NCBI GenBank assembly: GCA_028599125.1
Contig: JAQRMX010000011.1
Location: forward strand, 14,066-78,065
From: Alphaproteobacteria bacterium
Lineage (GTDB): Bacteria; Pseudomonadota; Alphaproteobacteria; Rhizobiales; NORP267
Direction of reading: 5' to 3'
DNA length: 64,000 bases
Below the pieces are notes generated by a model. That model made no database searches, was not told the DNA's origin, and saw only the letters and a program-made list of their open reading frames with translations. Position numbers and translations under genes: made by a program. Below, piece by piece: positions 57,358 to 64,000 of the stretch; the first letter of the stretch is position 1, and every line of letters begins with the position of its first letter.

Positions 57358-59109
57358 ATGAGTCGTATATTCAAAAGCAAGACAGTGCTACACCACCTAC
57401 CCCGTGATCCGGAAAAATGGACCTGGTGCCTGGTCATCATCATCATCTGCGCTATTGCGCTCACCCCTATGATTACCCTTGCAATCATTGCAATAAATCC
57501 CTCGGAAAATGTCTGGCCACATCTGATTGCCAATGTACTCCCTGATGCGATATTCAAAACTATTGTCCTCTTGTCCGGTGTCGGGATATGTACCCTGTTC
57601 ACCGGAACACTTACAGCCTGGCTCGTTACAATGTACCGCTTCCCGGGATGCCGTGTATTTGAGTGGCTCCTGCCCGCACCACTGGCAGCTCCCGCCTATA
57701 TTATTGCCTATTGTTATGTAGAATTATTTGATTATGCTGGCCCCCTGCACAGAGGGTTGGGAATGATCTTCAGTGAAGCGGATGCCATCCAGAAATGGTT
57801 CCCGGAAATGCGCTCAGTTGGAGGCGCCATTTTCGTCATGTCCGTTGCGCTCTATCCCTATATTTATCTTACAGCACGTGCCGCTTTTCTTAATCAATCC
57901 GGTCACTTGCTTAATGTCGGTCGCACGCTGGGATGTACAAAACGTAGAGCAATTCTCTGGATTGCTCTACCACTTGCACGCCCTGCCCTCATAGGGGGGT
58001 TAACGTTAACAGCAATGGAAACAATCAATGATATCGGCGTTGCAGAATTTTTCGGTGTACAGACGATAACGCTCTCCGTTTATTCAACCTGGCTTGGACG
58101 AGGAAGCCTGACGGGAGCAGCTCAACTTTCACTTATCCTTCTCCTCTTCATCTTTGCGCTTATCCAGATTGAAAGCCTTAGCCGTCAACGGCAGCGATTC
58201 TATCAGGCAAACAGCTCTTCCCCTTCCCTTACGCCAAGGGAAAAAATGACAGGAAAAAATCAATGGATCGCAACAGGAATCTGTTCGCTTCCCATTACAC
58301 TCGGCCTCCTGATCCCCCTTGCGACTCTGGCCGGATATACCTTGCCACATCTCTCATCAGCCTCTTTCATGACATACCTGATTCATACGAAAAACAGTCT
58401 CCTGATTTCATCTCTTGCCGCCATGATTACGGTCATCACCGCATTGCTTATCGGAAATGCCAAGCACCTCATCCGAACAAAATGGCTCCTCAATTTGTCT
58501 TGCATTGCAAGCATCGGTTATGCCATTCCCGGTACCGTGATGGCTCTGGGGATATTGATGAGCATGGCCGCTTTGGACAATATAATCGACAGCTATAGCA
58601 GAAGCCTGCTCGGCATTTCGACAGGATTGCTCCTCAGTGGTAGTCTTTTTGCCGTAATCCTTGCGTATGTCATCCGCTTTCTGGCCATGGCCACGGCCTC
58701 TATTGAAGCAAGCATGAAAACACTTAGCCCCCATATAAGCATGGCAGCACGAACCATGGGCCACTCAGCAAGTGCAACTTTCCTGCACATTCAATTACCA
58801 CTTATTCACCCAGCAATAGCAACAGCCATCCTGCTCGTCTTTGTAGACGGCATGAAAGAATTGCCGATTACTCTTCTCTTGCGCCCATTTGATCTTGAAA
58901 CACTAGCAACACATATCTATTCCTACGCCTCAATGGAGCGTTTCGAAGATACCGCATTGTCCGCACTGACCATTGTGCTCATCAGCCTAGGCCCGGCCAT
59001 TTTTCTTAACCGGGTAACAAACTGGAGACAATTTCAAAATAAAAAGATCACGCGCAACAGCCTCAGGCAAAAAAATCTTCACATGCGCAATTCCGGAAGT
59101 GATCTATAA
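57358..59109 (+). CDS. fused two-domain ABC transporter permease (FbpB/ThiP-like, iron(III) or thiamine type)
   Basis: 583-aa polytopic protein containing two binding-protein-dependent permease units (EAA-like loops GRTLGCTKRRAILWIALPLARPAL and ARTMGHSASATFLHIQLPLIHPAI). Confidence 0.75.
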   Translation: MSRIFKSKTVLHHLPRDPEKWTWCLVIIIICAIALTPMITLAIIAINPSENVWPHLIANVLPDAIFKTIVLLSGVGICTLFTGTLTAWLVTMYRFPGCRVFEWLLPAPLAAPAYIIAYCYVELFDYAGPLHRGLGMIFSEADAIQKWFPEMRSVGGAIFVMSVALYPYIYLTARAAFLNQSGHLLNVGRTLGCTKRRAILWIALPLARPALIGGLTLTAMETINDIGVAEFFGVQTITLSVYSTWLGRGSLTGAAQLSLILLLFIFALIQIESLSRQRQRFYQANSSSPSLTPREKMTGKNQWIATGICSLPITLGLLIPLATLAGYTLPHLSSASFMTYLIHTKNSLLISSLAAMITVITALLIGNAKHLIRTKWLLNLSCIASIGYAIPGTVMALGILMSMAALDNIIDSYSRSLLGISTGLLLSGSLFAVILAYVIRFLAMATASIEASMKTLSPHISMAARTMGHSASATFLHIQLPLIHPAIATAILLVFVDGMKELPITLLLRPFDLETLATHIYSYASMERFEDTALSALTIVLISLGPAIFLNRVTNWRQFQNKKITRNSLRQKNLHMRNSGSDL

Positions 59110-61040
59110 AAATCAAGAGACCCCGGGTTGATAAGAACCTCAGGGTTCGTGAATTCCCGCCCATGGACTATATCCTTTACCGCAAGTTCACTAATTTTTC
59201 CGGATCTTGTACAGGGAATATCTGCAACAGGCAAAATTTTTGCCGGCACATGCCGGCGCGATAAATTACTGCGAATACGGTGACATATTTCATCCTTCAA
59301 CGCGGCATCAATCCGATATCCCAACGCAAGTTTCACAAACAAGATAACCCGTATGTCATGATCCCACTCCTGCCCAATCACAACAGAACCTTCAATTTGC
59401 GGCATAGACTCAATCTGGGCATAAATTTCCGATGTCCCCAAACGAACACCTCCAGGATTCAGTGTTGTATCGGAACGACCATGAATAATCATGCCACCAT
59501 GTACCGTCCACTCTGCGAAATCCCCCTGGTGCCAAATTCCTGGAAACCGATCAAAATAAGCCTTGGAGTATCTGGAGCCATCAGAATCATTCCAGAACAT
59601 TACAGGCATGGATGGAAAGGCATTCATACAGACCAGCTCTCCCTTTCCGGACTCCATCAGACATCCCTTCTCGTCACAGATTCCTACATCCATTCCCAAA
59701 GCAGGCCCCTGAATTTCACCCCGATAGACACAGCGTGTCGGATCACCCATCACAAAACAACCACAAATATCTGTCCCGCCCGAAACAGAGGCCAAATGCA
59801 CGTCTTTTTTGATAGACTGATACACATAATCAAAACTTTCTGGAACAAGAGGCGAACCGGTCGAAAGAATCGTCGAAAGATTTGATAAATCATGTGTTTC
59901 GGACGGCTTCACTCCCTCATTCTTCAAAGAAGCGATGAATTTTGCAGATGTACCAAAACAAGTTACCCTTTCATCACAGATATAATCAAACAGCACATTT
60001 CCGTTCGGATAAAACGGAGACCCGTCGTATAAAAGTAAAGTGACTTCGCTTGCTAGCGCACTCACCATCCAGTTCCACATCATCCAGCCACATGTCGTAA
60101 AATAGAAAAGACGATCATTCGGACGCAGATCACAATGGAGCTGATGCTCCTTGACATGCTGGATGAGAACACCTCCCGCACTGTGTACAATGCATTTTGG
60201 TGCCCCGGTCGTACCGCTTGAATAGAGAATATAGAGAGGATCATTAAAATCAGTAAGAACAAAATCAATCTCCCCGGAAGGGTATGTGGCAAGCACATCA
60301 TCAAATATGACAGCTTTATCGCCAATCCGCGCCGCAAGCTGCTCCCCGTGTCCCAGGTAAGGAACAATAATAATCTTCTCCAGAGAAGACAATTCAGAAA
60401 TAAGCGTGACAACAGCATCCGAGATGTTGAACTTCTTTCCTTTGTAGTAATAGCCATCAGAGACAATCAGAACCCGTGGATCAATTTGACGAAACCGTTC
60501 CAAGAGTGCTGCTTCTCCGAAATCAGGGGAACAGGAAGACCAGATAGCCCCCTGTGCTGACACAGAAAGCATCGCGATGAGGGTCTGTGGAATATTCGGC
60601 ATGACAGCCGCAACACGGTCGCCTTTCTTCAGGTCAAAATCAAGAAAAAAAGCATGCAACCGGGACGTCCGCTCATAAAGTTGATACCAACTTATCCGCT
60701 CATGGGCCCTGTCTTCTCCACGAAAAATAATCGCCGCACTTTCATCGCGACGACGGAGCAGATTCTCCGCATAATTCAAAGACGTACCAGGGAAAAAAAG
60801 CGTCTCCCTTACATCAGATGACGGGCCGGTAACCGTCTCTCCTGGACTGGAAATGATGCCACAAAAATCTAAAATCGCACACCAGAACCAAACAGGATGA
60901 CGAACAGAAAATTCGTGAAGCTCTGAAGAACAATTAAGATCGAGATTATACCGGAGATTCACTGCCTGAAGGAAGGCCATCATTCGCGTACCAGCAATAC
61001 GGCTAGCCCCTGGATCCCATAAAAAATCTGCGTCAGCCAT
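59079..61040 (-). CDS. acetoacetyl-CoA synthetase (acetoacetate--CoA ligase)
   Basis: AMP-binding motif YSSGTTGAPKCIVH, acetoacetyl-CoA synthetase-like N-terminus (LWDP...RMMAF...) and ~650 aa. Start moved to the ATG at 61040 (GGGAGG RBS). Confidence 0.8.
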   Translation of the reverse strand: MADADFLWDPGASRIAGTRMMAFLQAVNLRYNLDLNCSSELHEFSVRHPVWFWCAILDFCGIISSPGETVTGPSSDVRETLFFPGTSLNYAENLLRRRDESAAIIFRGEDRAHERISWYQLYERTSRLHAFFLDFDLKKGDRVAAVMPNIPQTLIAMLSVSAQGAIWSSCSPDFGEAALLERFRQIDPRVLIVSDGYYYKGKKFNISDAVVTLISELSSLEKIIIVPYLGHGEQLAARIGDKAVIFDDVLATYPSGEIDFVLTDFNDPLYILYSSGTTGAPKCIVHSAGGVLIQHVKEHQLHCDLRPNDRLFYFTTCGWMMWNWMVSALASEVTLLLYDGSPFYPNGNVLFDYICDERVTCFGTSAKFIASLKNEGVKPSETHDLSNLSTILSTGSPLVPESFDYVYQSIKKDVHLASVSGGTDICGCFVMGDPTRCVYRGEIQGPALGMDVGICDEKGCLMESGKGELVCMNAFPSMPVMFWNDSDGSRYSKAYFDRFPGIWHQGDFAEWTVHGGMIIHGRSDTTLNPGGVRLGTSEIYAQIESMPQIEGSVVIGQEWDHDIRVILFVKLALGYRIDAALKDEICHRIRSNLSRRHVPAKILPVADIPCTRSGKISELAVKDIVHGREFTNPEVLINPGSLDFYRSLPELRM

Positions 61041-61185
61041 GGTACCTCCCTGAGCCAGCACCGCTGGTATATCACTCCTCCCAGAGGGGAAAATATCCTC
61101 TTCAGAAAAAAGAAGGAGAACTGAAAAAAAAAGAAAGAGAGTATTCTGAATAGTTTAGCACATGGAAACAAATTTTTAGTTTCCG

Positions 61186-61220
61186 AAAAAAAGAAAAAAA
61201 GACCAGCATAAGACAGGTCT
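61186..61220 (-). terminator. putative minus-strand terminator upstream of the acetoacetyl-CoA synthetase gene
   Basis: The minus strand reads AGACC-tgtcttatgct-GGTCT followed by TTTTTTTTCTTTTTTT. The stem is short (5 bp) but the T-tract is long. Confidence 0.3.
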
Positions 61221-62574
61221 GAATGCCTGATAGCAACGCGGCAAAGGATTTTTCGGTCCTATGAAGTCCACATAACGTCATTCCGGGCTGAACACCAAAA
61301 GCACAGCTTCCGAGAACCGGACCGGGACAGGCACCTCTCAGCTTTCTTTATGAAGGCAATAAATTCTTCCGTTATCCGGAAGACCGCGTATCTATAGCCT
61401 GTCAGGTTTCCTGAAAATTCCCCAATCTTCGGCACAGTCCGGATCTTAGTTGAAAAAACAAGGAAAGAGACATATCTATTCAGATGCTGCGGCATATCGT
61501 ATAAAACAGGAAAAAACAAACCACAGCTGACATCTTTTCAGGAAAAAACAGGAGCGTCTCAGTTATGGATATTAAGAGCTTTCCTTAAAATTAAGTGATC
61601 AGTTTGAAGCTTTAACCAAGAACATACACTTTACTCCCCTGTCACGGTCAAAATTATACAGCACCGTAAAAAAACTTAGATTACGCGGCAAGATCATAAA
61701 TTATCTCGCATAATCCATATCAGAAAAAATCTGATAATAGCTCAAAGAGACCCTGAAGAGCAGATTCGGAACGCGCTTTTCCGAAATATGTATAAAAACA
61801 GAGTTGCAGCCCCTTAAAGAAATCATCCGCAATAGAAAAAATCAATTCAGCCACAAGCAGCACACCGAACGTTCACAATCACAACTCTTCCCAAAATCAG
61901 TAAAAATCCAAAGAACCCTTTACTATGATCAAAATAACCTGCTATTTTTCAGACATCTGGTATCTGATGGCACGATAGTTTCATTTTCAGGAAAACTCTT
62001 CAAAAGAATCAAAAAGATCCGCACGTTAAGTTCTGTACATCCTCTTTTCGGGCAAGCTTTAAAAAAACTCACGCTTCATGAAAAAAGAAAAAGAAAGCTC
62101 ATAATTCTCCTTCAAATTTCAGGCGCTCACGTGTCTTTATCAATTATTAAAGCGGCCCCTTATGTCAACATTGCTACAAAGAGACGTACCAGCATGCGAA
62201 GAAGAGTGATCATTCTCAGCTACCCAAAATTATCCTCACTCACCCCAATAATGAGCAATATAGAAAAAAAGCATCTCTTGTATACTGTCCCCATGCACAG
62301 TAAACCTGAACAATAATTCCTTCAGGGTACATGTATAAGATAAATATCTGGCATGTGACGCCATAAAATCGGCACCGAAAGGCCGGAAACAACTAAAATC
62401 GGATTCTTCTGCTTTTTCTATGCCCTATCGTTCGAATCACACAAATTGGAATTCCGGAAAGTATTAAAAAACAGGTAAAAAACAAGAATTATCCACTCAA
62501 AAATGAAAGTAACGTATAAAATCGGAAAGGAAAGATATCCAAAAATGGAAATTCATAAAAAAATGAGATATCCT

Positions 62575-62610
62575 TGATATATGAGGATCCTTGAAGATCC
62601 TCATATATCA
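62575..62610. promoter_or_regulatory. perfect 15-bp inverted repeat (TGATATATGAGGATC-cttgaa-GATCCTCATATATCA) upstream of lpdA
   Basis: Read directly. It ends 50 nt before the lpdA ATG, and no T-run follows on either strand. Confidence 0.5.
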
Positions 62611-62660
62611 GCAAGAGCCGTTAATACAGATCTTTTCATAAATCCCTTAAAGGTTTTCTC

Positions 62661-64000
62661 ATGGCTACTTCCTACGATCTCATCGTCATTGGTACAGGAC
62701 CTGCCGGTTATGTCTGTGCTATCCGCGCCTCCCAGCTCGGTATGAAAGTTGCTGTCGTTGAAAAACGCAGCACACATGGTGGCACATGCCTTAATGTCGG
62801 CTGTATTCCTTCCAAGGCTCTCCTCTACGTTTCTGAAATATTTCAGGAATCAAAGGAGACCTTCCCCTATCTGGGTGTCGGAACCGGTAAACCTGAACTT
62901 AACCTGAATGCCATGATGAAACATCGTGATGAGGTGGTAAATGCAAATGTTCAGGGCATTGGACTGCTCCTCAAGAAAAACAAAATTGATCAATTTAGGG
63001 GAACAGCAAAAATCCTGGAGCAGGGAAACGTCCGCGTCACGCCGGAAAAAGATCATAGTTTTAATCTGAATGCTCAAAATATCGTCATCGCAACAGGATC
63101 AGAATCTATCAGTCTCAAGGGAATAAACGTTGATGAAAAACGCGTGGTGACATCAACAGGTGCCCTCAATTTGAGCAAGGTTCCGGAAAGCTTACTCATC
63201 ATTGGAGCCGGAGTCATTGGGCTTGAACTCGGTTCAGTGTGGCAAAGGCTTGGTGCTGATGTAAGCATTGTGGATGTCGCAGACCACATTCTGCCCGGCA
63301 TGGATAAGGAAACCGTAAAAACATTCCAGAGCATCCTGATAAAACAGGGAATCCATTTCAAAATGTCGTCAAAAGTGACCTCCGTCGAATCAGATGAAAA
63401 AACTAATAAAGTCAGTATAAAATCAACAGAGGGGGACAAAAAAGAATTCCTGCAAGCAGATATCGTCTTGCTTGCCATTGGAAGGAGACCCTATACACAT
63501 GGACTGGGGCTAGAAGATGTCGGTGTCCTCCTTGATGAGAAAGGACGCGTCAGAATCGATGCCTTTTTCAAGACAAATATTGATGGCATTTATGCAATTG
63601 GTGACGTCATCGCAGGTCCTATGTTGGCTCACAAAGCAGCAGATGAGGGCGTGGCGCTCGCAGAAATCATCGCAGGGCAGGCGGGGAACGTAAATTACAA
63701 CGTCATTCCGAACGTGATCTATACAATGCCAGAAGTCGCAGGGATTGGAAAAACAGAAGAGGAATTGAAAGAAAACGGAATTGATTACGCAAAAGGAAAA
63801 TTTCCTCTCACGGCCAATGGACGGGCGCGCGCAATGCACAAAACAAATGGAAATATCAAAATTCTGACCGATAAAAAAACAGACAGGGTGCTCGGTGCCC
63901 ATATGATCAGTCACAATGCCGGTGATCTTATCCATGAAGTGGCCGTTTTGATGGAATTTGGCGGCTCCGCAGAGGATCTGGCTCGAACATGCCACGCTCA
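62661..64000 (+). CDS. lpdA: dihydrolipoyl dehydrogenase (E3), 3'-truncated by the window end
   Basis: Hand translation gives MATSYDLIVIGTGPAGYVCAIRASQLGMKVAVVEKRSTHGGTCLNVGCIPSKALL... with the FAD motif, redox-active CLNVGC and NAD motif IIGAGVIGLELG. The frame stays open to the window end, so it is absent from the ORF track. The minus-strand ORFs at 62850..63995 are antisense artefacts. Confidence 0.92.
   Translation, partial: MATSYDLIVIGTGPAGYVCAIRASQLGMKVAVVEKRSTHGGTCLNVGCIPSKALLYVSEIFQESKETFPYLGVGTGKPELNLNAMMKHRDEVVNANVQGIGLLLKKNKIDQFRGTAKILEQGNVRVTPEKDHSFNLNAQNIVIATGSESISLKGINVDEKRVVTSTGALNLSKVPESLLIIGAGVIGLELGSVWQRLGADVSIVDVADHILPGMDKETVKTFQSILIKQGIHFKMSSKVTSVESDEKTNKVSIKSTEGDKKEFLQADIVLLAIGRRPYTHGLGLEDVGVLLDEKGRVRIDAFFKTNIDGIYAIGDVIAGPMLAHKAADEGVALAEIIAGQAGNVNYNVIPNVIYTMPEVAGIGKTEEELKENGIDYAKGKFPLTANGRARAMHKTNGNIKILTDKKTDRVLGAHMISHNAGDLIHEVAVLMEFGGSAEDLARTCHA

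Noticed and set aside
61804-62316. 170-aa basic ORF as a confident CDS
   Set aside because: It has a TTG start without a clear RBS, no recognisable motif, and composition dominated by K/R/I/L/S as expected from A-rich non-coding DNA. It is kept only as a question inside the low-coding-region finding.
62489-62497. DnaA-box-like TTATCCACT
   Set aside because: It is a single 8/9 match with no cluster of boxes, no AT-rich unwinding repeats arranged as an origin, and no dnaA/dnaN/hemE-type neighbours.

Overview
This is a chromosomal, mostly housekeeping segment of a moderately AT-rich alphaproteobacterium. GC was judged by eye, not computed. The lineage markers are a Ros/MucR regulator, a Cpa/Tad pilus locus, hisS-hisZ-hisG, a tRNA-His with A73 and G1:U72 but no encoded G-1, an alpha-type 4.5S RNA upstream of dnaX-ybaB-recR, and a soluble PleC/DivJ/PdhS-like kinase. 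In window order: tRNA-Gln, prfC, mucR, a 570-bp very AT-rich spacer, and a 10-gene translationally coupled Mrp/Mbh-like cation:proton antiporter operon (order E-F-G-DUF4040/B-B-C-D-D-small-D). Then sodB, dapE, truA-fmt-def, rmuC, ampG, recR-ybaB-dnaX-ffs, a roughly 1.3-kb stretch with no convincing gene, a membrane-anchored cytochrome c, and yejABEF. Next comes the complete Tad/Cpa locus: two flp pilin genes (one under 60 aa and missing from the ORF track), cpaA-F, tadB, tadC, a TPR lipoprotein, and a divergent pilus-N-domain/TadE-like trio. The window ends with groESL (sigma70-like promoter plus CIRCE), an HxlR regulator, hisG-hisZ-hisS, a small exported hypothetical, a Bcr-type MFS pump, tRNA-His, a 909-aa orphan histidine kinase, an orphan fused ABC permease, acetoacetyl-CoA synthetase, a roughly 1.6-kb low-coding stretch, and the 5' part of lpdA. 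I found no rRNA, CRISPR array, IS, transposase, integrase or obvious defence genes, and I cannot point to a clearly novel multi-gene system. The items most worth a second look are the non-canonical three-MrpD antiporter cluster, the many short tandem duplications in regulatory DNA (mrp leader, flp1 leader, cpaB-cpaC spacer, flp1 3' end), a 22-nt exact repeat linking the groEL-downstream spacer to a TadE-like gene, structured RNA-like elements around the flp genes, and two apparently decayed non-coding stretches. All family calls come from motifs read by eye, and no database search was run.
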